From Acidobacteriota bacterium (lineage in GTDB: Bacteria > Acidobacteriota > CAIWXX01), in contig JBFMAF010000032.1 of the NCBI GenBank assembly GCA_040755995.1, positions 193,306-257,305 on the forward strand: DNA of 64,000 bases, in the 5' to 3' direction. Position numbers and translations under genes: made by a program. Shown piece after piece: positions 54,980 through 64,000 of the stretch. Under the pieces are notes generated by a model. It saw only the letters and a list, made by a program, of their open reading frames with translations. It was not told the origin of the DNA and searched no databases. The stretch's first letter is position 1; the number at the start of each line of letters is the position of its first letter.

Positions 54980-56116
54980 TCACACCGAGATCAAATGGTC
55001 TTCGAGGTAGGACATGAGGGGATATGTCGAATTGTAGTGTTTCTGCATGAACATTGGGGAGCGCTTCCTGAAAAGCCTCTCCCCTAGCCGATCGACGATC
55101 GGGGTCAACACGCGCTCGCTCTCGCAGAGAGCCGGTGACACGCGCTCGATTGAGCCAGTAGCCTGCCAGTTCAGGCAGGCACAGCGGTGTTCACAGCGAG
55201 ACCGGATCGCGCAATCGCTGCACTGCTCATCCTCGGCCTGCGAAAGCTCGTATAGCTCTCGCTGACGGGCTGAATCGATGCCGCTCCAAACGTCCCCGAT
55301 CGCATAGGCCGTGTTACAGATTCCATCCTGGACGAACTGGACACACGGATAGATAGCGCCGTCCGGACCGACGGAGATCTGGCGGACACCCAGGTGGCAC
55401 TGCGAACAGAGTGCCTTCTCTCCGTGGATGTAGGTGGCGAATTTCTTCTCGAACGGGCTGAAGTAGAATTTCTCTTCGGCAAGCGTCTTCCGCTCGTACC
55501 AGCTGCTGAGTCGCCTATATTGAGTCCTCAGTCGCTTCATGTGATCATCAGTCCAACGGCCGCCGTAGTTCAGCGAAGCGATGATGTACCGGAAGCCTTT
55601 GTCGAAGAGAAAGCTAACGGATTCGGCATATCCGTCGACGGCCTCCGGCGCCACAGTCATGAATACACTGGCATATGGCTGCGCTTGCAAGAGCGGCCCG
55701 ATCTTCGGCTCAACGAGAGCAAAAGTGCCTTGCGCCGTGGCGGAGCGGCGATGCAGATCGTGGCTCGCCTGAACTCCATCAAAGCTGAGTGCAATCCGCA
55801 CGTGCTCTCTGGCCGCGAAACTGAGGAATTGCGCATCCAGAAGTAACCCATTAGTGGTTGCCTTGAAGTGAAAGCTTGCAGGGACTCGCCTCTCGTGCTC
55901 GCGACAGAAGCGGACCGTGTGGACAATCAGGTCCTTCATGAGCAGCGGCTCGCCTCCGAAGAAGATGATCCCGGTGTTGCCCGAAGACTTGGACCCGAGG
56001 ACGACAGCCCGCTCGCATATCTCCTCGGTCATGTCCAGATTCCGGGCGGCTGCCGGCGCATAGCAGTAGCCGCATCGCATGTTGCAGCGATTGGTGAGAT
56101 GCAGCGTGATATGCAA
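54980..56116 (-). CDS. Radical SAM/SPASM domain protein
   Basis: CNMRCGYC, FFGGEP, TTNG; SPASM Cys pattern C...YPC...CxxC-x5-C-x3-C...C. Confidence 0.92.
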   Translation of the reverse strand: MHITLHLTNRCNMRCGYCYAPAAARNLDMTEEICERAVVLGSKSSGNTGIIFFGGEPLLMKDLIVHTVRFCREHERRVPASFHFKATTNGLLLDAQFLSFAAREHVRIALSFDGVQASHDLHRRSATAQGTFALVEPKIGPLLQAQPYASVFMTVAPEAVDGYAESVSFLFDKGFRYIIASLNYGGRWTDDHMKRLRTQYRRLSSWYERKTLAEEKFYFSPFEKKFATYIHGEKALCSQCHLGVRQISVGPDGAIYPCVQFVQDGICNTAYAIGDVWSGIDSARQRELYELSQAEDEQCSDCAIRSRCEHRCACLNWQATGSIERVSPALCESERVLTPIVDRLGERLFRKRSPMFMQKHYNSTYPLMSYLEDHLISV

Positions 56117-56124
56117 CCGGAGGT

Positions 56125-57585
56125 CTACCGTGCCTGCTTACGCAGGCAATAAATGCCCCACTCGGCGTAGGCCCGAACGCGACTGTCGGGACTGGCGAGC
56201 TCCGTTTGGAGGAGTGGAATCAGGCCTTGGTCTCCAGTCTTCACCATGACTTTAATAGCGCCGGGCTTGACGTAGGTTGGCAGGCTCTTGAACGTGTCAA
56301 CCAATTGCTGGCAAAGCGACGGTGAATCAAGCTCGTCCATGGCGCTCACCACAGATGCCATGACCCAGGCTTTGTCTTCCCCCATCTTCAGGCTCCTATC
56401 GAGCTGCCGGCACAGAGCCTCGCGCACCCTCGGGTCAGAGCAGTGTGCGAGAATCTCGAGTACGCCTCCAGTTTGATATTGCGAGCATTGATCCAACAGG
56501 GACAGCCCGAGATCCACGACTTCGGGGGCGTCCACTTGCTGCAGGCGACCTAGTACTTCCAGGCGGACCCACGAGTCAGGATTCTTCCACGCCTCCATGA
56601 GAAGAGGCACGGCTGCGTCCGCAGGCAACCTCCGGACGGCATCGAGGCACGGCAAGACCGCGGCGGCATCGCAAGACTTCATGAGAGTGCTGACCAGGGA
56701 TGGGTTCGGCGAAACGCCAATGGAGACCAGGGCATCCAACGCTGCCGCACGGATCTTGGGCTTGCGGCGCTCGTCCGGGACCACCTGAACGAGAGCGGGT
56801 GCTGCTCCCTTGATCTGAAATGCCTTCACCAGGCCGATCGTGTCTTCATCCATTGCGCTGGTCAGGCGAGGCCCAAGTCGTCTCACGGCATCCAGCGCGC
56901 ATCGCGCCCGGCGCCATTCCGGGTCTATCTGGTCCAGTGCTTCCACGCACTCTCCCTGACTGTACGACTCCGCGGCCAGGAGCCTCTCGACTATGAGCGG
57001 CACAGCGCGCGGGTCCTTTGAGGTGGCGAGGTGTTCCATGGCATTCGAGTGGAAGCCGCTGCACCCATCGGACTCCCCAATCCGATTCTCCAGAATCCCG
57101 AACGCGACCTCTTTGGCTTGAACCGGGAACAGCTCGAAGAGCGCAAGCAGCGAGTAGAAGCGGTCACCCCAGTCGGCCTTTGAAGCGAGGAAGGCTTCGA
57201 GGAACCGCGGATAGGTGTGGGTGACCTCATTCCTGCTCCTCCAGTCCAGATCGATGCGGCCTAGTGCCCTGGAGCCGGAATAGCAGTCTTGGGGTCTGCT
57301 CAGCAAGTGTTCCATGATAGCCGGGATGGCCTCTCGTTGTCTCAACCTGCCCAGAGCCTCGAGTACTCCTCGCTTGTCACATCCCGGATCCTTCAAAGCC
57401 TCCAGCAGAACGGGCAGTCCACGCTTCTCTCCGGTCAGGCCTATCTCTTCCACCACCAGATTGCGGTCCCGATGGTCCTTCCACATCTGCGCCAGGCGCT
57501 CGAAGCGCGATGGATCCACTCCAGACGGGCCCGAAGAAGCGGGTGGAGGCGCGAGAAGCAATGCCAGTACAAGCCCGATTCTCAT
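56125..57585 (-). CDS. HEAT-repeat protein with N-terminal signal/TM segment
   Basis: Repeated L..AL...A.P.L helical pairs; AGGAG Shine-Dalgarno. Confidence 0.8.
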   Translation of the reverse strand: MRIGLVLALLLAPPPASSGPSGVDPSRFERLAQMWKDHRDRNLVVEEIGLTGEKRGLPVLLEALKDPGCDKRGVLEALGRLRQREAIPAIMEHLLSRPQDCYSGSRALGRIDLDWRSRNEVTHTYPRFLEAFLASKADWGDRFYSLLALFELFPVQAKEVAFGILENRIGESDGCSGFHSNAMEHLATSKDPRAVPLIVERLLAAESYSQGECVEALDQIDPEWRRARCALDAVRRLGPRLTSAMDEDTIGLVKAFQIKGAAPALVQVVPDERRKPKIRAAALDALVSIGVSPNPSLVSTLMKSCDAAAVLPCLDAVRRLPADAAVPLLMEAWKNPDSWVRLEVLGRLQQVDAPEVVDLGLSLLDQCSQYQTGGVLEILAHCSDPRVREALCRQLDRSLKMGEDKAWVMASVVSAMDELDSPSLCQQLVDTFKSLPTYVKPGAIKVMVKTGDQGLIPLLQTELASPDSRVRAYAEWGIYCLRKQAR

Positions 57586-57591
57586 CTGATA

Positions 57592-58413
57592 TCACTCCTG
57601 CGCGGATTCCCGTCGGGACCACTCGACGAAATCCCGGACTTGCTCCTTGAGTAGCTCCCTCGCCTCCGCCTCGCATTCACCACGACGGCAGCCATCTCTC
57701 TGGATAATGGGATCATAGAATACAACCGCCGACACCGGCTCCCCTGCTAGACGTTCCCGTATTTCCTGAGCAACCGCGACCATGTCGTAGCTCATTACAG
57801 TGGAGTCTGACGATGGTCCGCCGAGCTTCTCGTAGTTCTCAGAGGACACGAACTTGAATCCGATTCCACGGTTGCTATCGTAGCCATCCAGGTAGAACAG
57901 ATGTTTCTGACCCTTCTCATATTCGGCAGCGCGGCCTGCCTGCAGTCGATCGCGGTCGTATTTCTCCCTCCTTTCTTCCGTAAGGACGCCATCGAGGAGC
58001 AACGGCTTGTCGGAAGGTGAGAATCCCGAATTCCTCAATTCGTTGATGATGAGATCGATCGCCTCGTCCTCGGAGAGAAACACCGGCGGTGTCACCACCA
58101 CGCAACCAGTGGCGCCGTGGCCATCTCCGTGAATGAAGAGCGGTGGCATCTTGAACTCGTGAGCGCGGCCCTCATGCCGGGCCTGATGATCGAGCGAGCT
58201 CGGATCGCGTTTCGTCTGTGGCCCGCCCCCCTGAGTTGCCGCGTGCCAGCCCTGGTCGCATGACCCTACCAACATCAGCAGGGTTCCAGTCGTCAGGCCC
58301 TTCTTCAGCCATCGTTGGGGAACAGCTCCGTTGATCAGTTGGGGATTCGAACGGAGTGTCGACCGGTCGGGATAGTTCGCGTTGCGATACTTCTTGACCG
58401 ACTTCAATTTCAT
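57592..58413 (-). CDS. Hypothetical protein, candidate radical SAM substrate
   Basis: GGAGG Shine-Dalgarno; basic leader MKLKSVKKYRNANYP, hydrophobic stretch ending VGSC, PLFIHGDGHGATGCVVVTPPVFLSEDEA motif. Confidence 0.75.
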   Translation of the reverse strand: MKLKSVKKYRNANYPDRSTLRSNPQLINGAVPQRWLKKGLTTGTLLMLVGSCDQGWHAATQGGGPQTKRDPSSLDHQARHEGRAHEFKMPPLFIHGDGHGATGCVVVTPPVFLSEDEAIDLIINELRNSGFSPSDKPLLLDGVLTEERREKYDRDRLQAGRAAEYEKGQKHLFYLDGYDSNRGIGFKFVSSENYEKLGGPSSDSTVMSYDMVAVAQEIRERLAGEPVSAVVFYDPIIQRDGCRRGECEAEARELLKEQVRDFVEWSRRESAQE

Positions 58414-58583
58414 GGCTGCCTCCGTGACATCCAACCGTACATTCGCACTCCGGTCAATGTGTCAGGGAACGTTGCTGTTCCCCGGGTCAGGCCTGGTGAG
58501 TCGGGGACGCAGGTATCCGAAAACCTCGAGCGCCCCATAGAGAAGTCTAGGCGCCGGAAAGAGGAGAGTCAAGCCCGAGCCGG

Positions 58584-60191
58584 CTAGTCGCGCGCGGCCC
58601 GGCGGCGTTCCAAGAATAGCGCCAGCGCGATGAGAACGGCGGCTGACGCGAGATATGGGAGCGGCACGGCCAGTCGCTGTTCCGGCGTGCTGATGCCGCA
58701 GAAGTCGACGGCCTTCACCTTCTGAAGCGAAGCGTACCAGAGGCCGACGTAGATCCCCGAGAAGAGCTTTCCGCCTCGAGTGAGCGCTCCGGCCCCGGTG
58801 GCGAACGCAGCCACGAAGAGAAGGCCGACGAGGAACACCAGGCCGCGCTGCGGGGAGGAAAGAGCGGCCCTCATGGCGGCCGGCAGACCGAGGACAACGA
58901 CGAAGAGCATCGTCGAGAAGAGCTTCCAGATGACCGTCGATGACGGAACGGCGGGCTGGCAGTGGACAAGAGCCCGCGTCCCCGTGAGCTCCTCGCGCGC
59001 CGCGACTTCCGAGAGCAGCGGTGCCAGAAGAATGAGGAGGGCGGCGGCAGCTCCGTTGATTTCGCCGGCCGGGATGACGGCAGCCAGCACCGCCGAACCC
59101 AACAGTGGCCACTTCAGGAATGATCCGCTGTCCCAGATCATGCGGGCCTCCGCTGCTACCGCTCTCCACCTCGCCGGCGAAACCGCAACGGGTGCGAGGC
59201 GCACGGCAGAGGGAGATTCGCCGAGCGTGCCGTTCTCTTCGACGTCGCGCCGGAAGCGCTTTGCCAGGCGTGCGAATGCGCCCGGCCGGTCCGCCCGCCT
59301 CTTCTGTCGTGCCGGATCGAACCGGTCAAAGAAGAAGACCGCCAGTGCGAACGGTGCGAGCAGCCAGAGCAGGGAGGCAACGCGCACAAATAGGAGCCCA
59401 CCGAACAAGGGAACCCCCTCCCACATGACTCTACGAAAGGGTTTGTCCGAGTATTCGAGCCCGACATTCACTGAATGAGCCTTGGCCTCTGGAACGTGCC
59501 GCTCGATGATGCTGGTGACCGCCCCGATTCCGGCGGGATCGTCGATGGGATACCCGGCCACGTTGATGGGCATGAAAAGCGGCGGCAGTACGAGCACAAA
59601 GGACCAGAAGAAGAACCAGAGTATGAGCCCCCCGCGGCTCCGAAGCCCCGGCGTGACGTCGAAGAGGAGCGCGCAGGCGGCGGTAATGGCCAACCCTGGA
59701 ATCGCGAGCAGGAGCGACGGTGCGACAAAGCGCAGCACACCAAACGAGCCCGTTCCGTATCGCAGGAAGACCGCGAACCCCGAGACCAGGCACAGCAGGG
59801 AGAGCACCAGCAGGTACGCGAAGTGCGCGGTTAGCTTGCCGAGGAGGTAGCTGGTCTTCGACATCTGAGTGGCGGCGAGAATGGCTCCCACCCCTTTTTC
59901 GCGATCCTTCCGCACGGAACCCGCGATCAGATAGAAGCCGACGAGCGTCAGGAAGCTCGAGACGAGGATGCCGATGGCGAGCCCGAGGTAGGCCGAATTG
60001 TAGGCGCCTGAGGTGCGCACGCCGTCAACGGAGGTCCACGAAACCGACGCGACGTTCTTCTTGGGATCGGGAAGCCAGAGAAACGACAGGACGATCGATG
60101 CCAGCACCGTCAGGACGGTTGCTGGGGCCCGAAGCCGTTCGGTGAGCTCCACCTCCACCTGCGCGCGCACCAGGTGCCAGAGCGCGCTCAT
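58584..60191 (-). CDS. ABC-2 type exporter permease (duplicated membrane domain)
   Basis: About 12 TMs; DRE.G...IL.AT..S...YLLGK; ATGA overlap with the ATPase gene. Confidence 0.85.
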   Translation of the reverse strand: MSALWHLVRAQVEVELTERLRAPATVLTVLASIVLSFLWLPDPKKNVASVSWTSVDGVRTSGAYNSAYLGLAIGILVSSFLTLVGFYLIAGSVRKDREKGVGAILAATQMSKTSYLLGKLTAHFAYLLVLSLLCLVSGFAVFLRYGTGSFGVLRFVAPSLLLAIPGLAITAACALLFDVTPGLRSRGGLILWFFFWSFVLVLPPLFMPINVAGYPIDDPAGIGAVTSIIERHVPEAKAHSVNVGLEYSDKPFRRVMWEGVPLFGGLLFVRVASLLWLLAPFALAVFFFDRFDPARQKRRADRPGAFARLAKRFRRDVEENGTLGESPSAVRLAPVAVSPARWRAVAAEARMIWDSGSFLKWPLLGSAVLAAVIPAGEINGAAAALLILLAPLLSEVAAREELTGTRALVHCQPAVPSSTVIWKLFSTMLFVVVLGLPAAMRAALSSPQRGLVFLVGLLFVAAFATGAGALTRGGKLFSGIYVGLWYASLQKVKAVDFCGISTPEQRLAVPLPYLASAAVLIALALFLERRRAARD

Positions 60192-61069
60192 GCGGCCTGT
60201 CCCGCGTCGAGGTTGGTGACGAGATAGGCGTCTTCGAGATTCGCCTCGGCCTCAAGCGCGGCTGAAAGGGCCGCTCCGTCGCCGACGTATCGAACGTGCA
60301 CCCCATCGGCTCTTCGCACAATCGACGACACGGCCACGCGCTTCTGGAGGCCGGCGAGTTCGGCGGATGGGACAACAGCTGTGAAGACTCGTCCTTCAGC
60401 CTTCTTGAGAAGCTCATCGGGTGTGGAGTGCGCCACCAGGCGCCCGCGCCGGATTATCGCGATCTTCCCGGCGACGGCCTCGACGTCCGAGACGATGTGG
60501 GTCGAGAGAATCACGATCCGCCCGTGCGCGATCTCCGAAAGCAGATTGCGGAACCGGACGCGCTCCTCAGGATCCAGCCCGACCGTGGGCTCGTCGACGA
60601 TTACGAGCCTGGGGTTGCCCAGCAGCGCCTGGGCGATCCCGATACGTTGCCGCATCCCGCCGGAGTAGCCTCCGAGCCGGCGATCGGCTGCATGATGGAG
60701 ATTCACGAGATCGAGCATCTCGCGCACGCGTCGTTCGAGATCCCTGCCCGAGAGCCCCTTGAGGCGCCCGAGATAGCGAAGAAACTCCCGCCCGCTCAGA
60801 CGGTCGTATACGCCGAAGTCTTGTGGGAGATAGCCCAGTTCGCGCCGCACAACGAGCGGCTCGGCAACGCCGTCCCGGCCATCCCACAAAAACGTGCCGC
60901 CCGTCGGCGACGTGATCGTTGCGAGCATGGACATGAGCGTCGTCTTCCCGGCACCATTGGGGCCGAGCAATCCCAAGACCCCTTCTTCGACTGACAGCGA
61001 GAAGTCTCGAAGCGCCTCCGTGCCGTCCGAGTACCGCTTCGTCAGATTTCGGATATCGAGCATGGCCAC
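60188..61069 (-). CDS. ABC transporter ATP-binding protein
   Basis: GPNGAGKT, YSGGMRQR, VIVDEPTVGLD, LSTH. Confidence 0.95.
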   Translation of the reverse strand: MAMLDIRNLTKRYSDGTEALRDFSLSVEEGVLGLLGPNGAGKTTLMSMLATITSPTGGTFLWDGRDGVAEPLVVRRELGYLPQDFGVYDRLSGREFLRYLGRLKGLSGRDLERRVREMLDLVNLHHAADRRLGGYSGGMRQRIGIAQALLGNPRLVIVDEPTVGLDPEERVRFRNLLSEIAHGRIVILSTHIVSDVEAVAGKIAIIRRGRLVAHSTPDELLKKAEGRVFTAVVPSAELAGLQKRVAVSSIVRRADGVHVRYVGDGAALSAALEAEANLEDAYLVTNLDAGQAA

Positions 61070-61165
61070 ACCTCTTCGTCATTCTACGACGACCGCGGGC
61101 GTGAAGTTCCGGCAAGTACAATGCAAAGGGCACACACGTGGACTGGTAGCGCACGCGTACGCGCC

Positions 61166-61194
61166 TTGAACCGCCGTCTTCCTGCGGGTACAAT
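61166..61194 (+). promoter_or_regulatory. Sigma70 promoter of the pilP-like gene
   Basis: TTGAAC(61166)-17 bp-TACAAT(61189). Confidence 0.6.
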
Positions 61195-61260
61195 GTGTCT
61201 ATTGCAAGGTGCAGCCGAAAGGGCACAAGGATTGATTTGGACTCTACAAGGGAGGCAGCG

Positions 61261-61662
61261 ATGCGCAGAGCAATACTGATCACCGTCATCCTCGCAGCCG
61301 TGAGCATTAGCGCGGTAGAGGCCGGTCAGACTCAGAACGGATACGCTTACGACCCTGCGGGCCGGCGTGATCCGTTCACGTCTGCGGCGGTCCCTCCGGG
61401 CAAGCCGGGATGTAGTCTGGGCCTGGCCTGCGTCGAGGTGTCGCAGGCCGCTCTGATGGGGATCGCGAAGGACTCGATCGGCTGGATGGCAATGCTGAGA
61501 GGGCCGGATGGCACGGTCTACCTCGCTCGCGTTGGGGCGAGGCTCTTTGACGGCTGCATTCTTGCCGTCAACGAAGACAGCGTGATATTCCGCGTCAAGG
61601 TCCAGGATGCTTTTTCGCCCAACAAAGAGCGAGATGTCACAAGGGCGTTGCTGCGAGGATAG
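61261..61662 (+). CDS. pilP: PilP-like type IV pilus assembly protein
   Basis: Signal peptide; Y.YDP.GRRDPF, L.GI......A....PDG..Y...VG..L..G.I..V motifs. Confidence 0.75.
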   Translation: MRRAILITVILAAVSISAVEAGQTQNGYAYDPAGRRDPFTSAAVPPGKPGCSLGLACVEVSQAALMGIAKDSIGWMAMLRGPDGTVYLARVGARLFDGCILAVNEDSVIFRVKVQDAFSPNKERDVTRALLRG

Positions 61663-61828
61663 ACGGTATACAGGACCCGCATAGAGCCGTCCAGCTCCCC
61701 ACCGGCCGACATGATCTCACTGCGACAAGAGGGAGTCTGCGGACCTCGATCGCTCTCGATCAGATTCAACCCCACTGGAGCGAGCTCTGTCGACGCCGGC
61801 CACGAGCTCCAACCAAACAGCAAGGACC

Positions 61829-62773
61829 ATGAACATGGACCTGTTTCAAGAAACCATCCGGTTCCTCAAACCCGACTGCACGCGCCCGGGTCACTTCCTC
61901 CTGACTGAACCGCACCTGCTCTATCTGTCGGACGACCAGGCGGACGCCTACCTCGATGCAATGAAGAGCGAGGCTTACAGCTCATCATTTCACGGGCCGA
62001 CGGTCCAGATCATCAAGTCGAACCTCGCAGCCATCTTCTCGGACATCGGAGCCGGTGTGTCATTGATAGACCTTGGGCCCGGCTATCCAGACAAGAGTCT
62101 GCCCATGGTGCGGTTTCTGAAGGACAAGGCGGTGCCATGCAGATATGTGCCGATTGACATCAGCCAGCCGTTTCTGGATCTCGCAGTGAGCCACATCGAA
62201 CCCTTTGTGGAGCGGGCCTACCCTGTACATGAACCATTCGAGACATGTGCCGGCCAGATCCCTGCAGAGATCTATCAGCACACCACCTACTGCATGATAG
62301 GATTGACCTTCATGAATTTCCCGCCCGAATCGCTGCTGCCTCTGTTGAAGCGCATTGCGGGCGACCGCGGGCGCGTTATCATCGCGAGTGAGTTGCTCAC
62401 CGCACAGAAGACCTCAGAGGCTGTCTTGATGTCGTATCGGACGAAGGAGGCCCAGGCCGTGGGCTTCGGACCACTGAGACACCTCGGCATCCGCGAGAAC
62501 GATGTGACGTATCGACCCATATTTGCGAACGGCCGTGTGGAGCTTCATTACAGGCTGGAGCGGGAGCCAGACCGGGCCCTGCAGGCTGCGGGTCTGACGT
62601 CCGGGCACACCATCGTGACTGCCGTGTCCTACCGCTATACCCATGAACAGCTCGAACAGCTGCTCGGGCAGTACTTCGATTCGTACAAGGTGTTTCCGTT
62701 CCATGACGGAGGCGAGGCGGTTGCCGTGGGTCAGAACCAGGCGAGACGCGGCCTCGGACCGGCCAGCTCCTGA
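61829..62773 (+). CDS. EgtD-like SAM-dependent methyltransferase (Methyltransf_33)
   Basis: LIDLGPG...K, YVPIDIS..FL, G.TF.NF, N..RVE.H and S.RY motifs. Confidence 0.75.
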   Translation: MNMDLFQETIRFLKPDCTRPGHFLLTEPHLLYLSDDQADAYLDAMKSEAYSSSFHGPTVQIIKSNLAAIFSDIGAGVSLIDLGPGYPDKSLPMVRFLKDKAVPCRYVPIDISQPFLDLAVSHIEPFVERAYPVHEPFETCAGQIPAEIYQHTTYCMIGLTFMNFPPESLLPLLKRIAGDRGRVIIASELLTAQKTSEAVLMSYRTKEAQAVGFGPLRHLGIRENDVTYRPIFANGRVELHYRLEREPDRALQAAGLTSGHTIVTAVSYRYTHEQLEQLLGQYFDSYKVFPFHDGGEAVAVGQNQARRGLGPASS

Positions 62774-63022
62774 CGCACCCGTGCCCGGGCCGCAGGCCGG
62801 TGCGCACACCCGGGCCCCCCGACAGTGGCCGCACGCCGGAACGGGTGCGCGCCCCCCGTTGGATACGGCCTTGAGGCACTGCTCCAACAACACGACTCAA
62901 TCGCGGCACGTTCTTCGCCTCAAGCCGCCTGGCTACGAATTGCCATCTCGGTGTGTCTAAATGTGGTAGAGACGACTGTCAGAAGGTGCAAAGCGATGGA
63001 ATCGAAACTCGGGTAGCGCGCA

Positions 63023-64000
63023 ATGGTATTCAGCTCGCAGCTCTTCGTCTTCTGCTTCCTGCCGCTGGCGCTTTGCGTGTACTACGCGTTGCCGGCGCGC
63101 GGCCGGCAGGCCGCGCTGACAATCCTGAGCTACATCTTCTACGGTTGGTCGAATCCCGCGTTTCTCCTCCTGCTGATGTTCTCCACGGTGCTCGACTACA
63201 CCGGCGGACTCGTCATCTCACAGAACGGTCTGCGATGGCCCTCGCTGCCTCCGCGCCAGCTCGACTCCGCCACCAAACAAAGCCGGCTCCAGCGATGGAC
63301 GTTGATTGCGTGCATGACGGGCAACCTGTGCCTTCTCGGTTTCTTCAAGTACTTCAACTTCGCCGTCGACAACTATAACGCTCTACTGGCCGCCCTCGGG
63401 TTCGCCGGCCTGCGCTTCGACGACGTCTTGCGCGTGACGCTGCCTCTCGGGATCAGCTTCTACACGTTTCAGACGATGAGCTACACGATCGACGTCTACC
63501 GCGGCAAGGCCTGTGCAATCCGCAACTTCGTCGACTTCGCCTGCTTCGTGTCGATGTTCCCGCAGCTTGTGGCCGGACCGATCGTGCGCTTCACGGATGT
63601 TTCCGATCAGCTGCGGCACCGATCGCACACGCTCGAAAGATTCGCGCGCGGCGCGGCGATGTTCTCGGTCGGGATGGCCAAGAAGATTCTGCTGGCGAAT
63701 CCGTGTGGAAAGGTGGCGGACACGGTTTTCAGCGCCGGATCGATCACCTCCTTCGACGCGTGGTACGGTGTCGTCGCTTACTCGTTTCAGATCTACTTCG
63801 ACTTCAGCGCCTATTCCGACATGGCCATCGGGCTTGGGCTGATGTTCGGGTTCGTCTTCCCCAAGAACTTCGACTCGCCGTACCGGTCGGAATCCATAAC
63901 CGAATTCTGGCGCCGGTGGCACATCTCGCTCTCGACCTGGCTCCGCGACTATCTCTTCCTGCCGGTCTCGTACGCGATCCTACGGCGAGTCCAGGGCGAC
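63023..64000 (+). CDS. MBOAT family O-acyltransferase (AlgI-like), runs off the window end
   Basis: MVFSS..F...FLP, FFKYFNF, LPLGISFYTFQ.MSY.IDVY, FPQLVAGPIVR, QIYFDFS.YSDMAIG and FWRRWHISLS.W motifs. Confidence 0.92.
   Translation, partial: MVFSSQLFVFCFLPLALCVYYALPARGRQAALTILSYIFYGWSNPAFLLLLMFSTVLDYTGGLVISQNGLRWPSLPPRQLDSATKQSRLQRWTLIACMTGNLCLLGFFKYFNFAVDNYNALLAALGFAGLRFDDVLRVTLPLGISFYTFQTMSYTIDVYRGKACAIRNFVDFACFVSMFPQLVAGPIVRFTDVSDQLRHRSHTLERFARGAAMFSVGMAKKILLANPCGKVADTVFSAGSITSFDAWYGVVAYSFQIYFDFSAYSDMAIGLGLMFGFVFPKNFDSPYRSESITEFWRRWHISLSTWLRDYLFLPVSYAILRRVQGD

Noticed and set aside
61201..61220. Second sigma54 promoter on the minus strand upstream of the ABC ATPase
   Set aside because: The GG-to-GC spacing is 9 nt rather than the required 10.

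Overview
A GC-rich bacterial chromosomal window of mostly accessory genes, with no rRNA, tRNA or CRISPR array. (1) 0.3-2 kb: small toxin-antitoxin-like gene pairs. (2) 2.1-11 kb, minus strand: a winged-helix regulator/membrane protein/yjbQ unit with a duplicated palindromic operator, then a compact eukaryote-like ubiquitination operon, then a 1411-aa acyl-CoA dehydratase activase. The operon encodes a ThiF/E1, a membrane-anchored tandem RING-like Zn-finger protein (candidate E3), a Gly-terminated ubiquitin-like protein and a UBC-fold E2 with HPN-x7-C. It is the best candidate for an undescribed system. (3) A HEPN-like gene pair and a transglutaminase-like gene. (4) 13-34 kb: a three-gene surface-structure operon (HEAT + beta-barrel protein, a 1230-aa and a ~4780-aa Cys-rich DUF11/CARDB/SdrD-B protein). 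(5) 34.1-39.6 kb: an integron whose integrase is reduced to an N-terminal SAM-like remnant, with a cassette promoter, attI, six cassettes and six attC sites. Two of the attC sites are unusually long, related to each other and carry promoter-like cores, and the last one is truncated. (6) 40-64 kb: secreted/surface proteins, lgt, a B12 radical SAM, a TPR-metallopeptidase, a radical SAM-SPASM/HEAT/putative-substrate operon, an ABC exporter, an orphan pilP, an EgtD-like methyltransferase and a partial MBOAT gene. All calls come from reading motifs by eye; no database searches were run.
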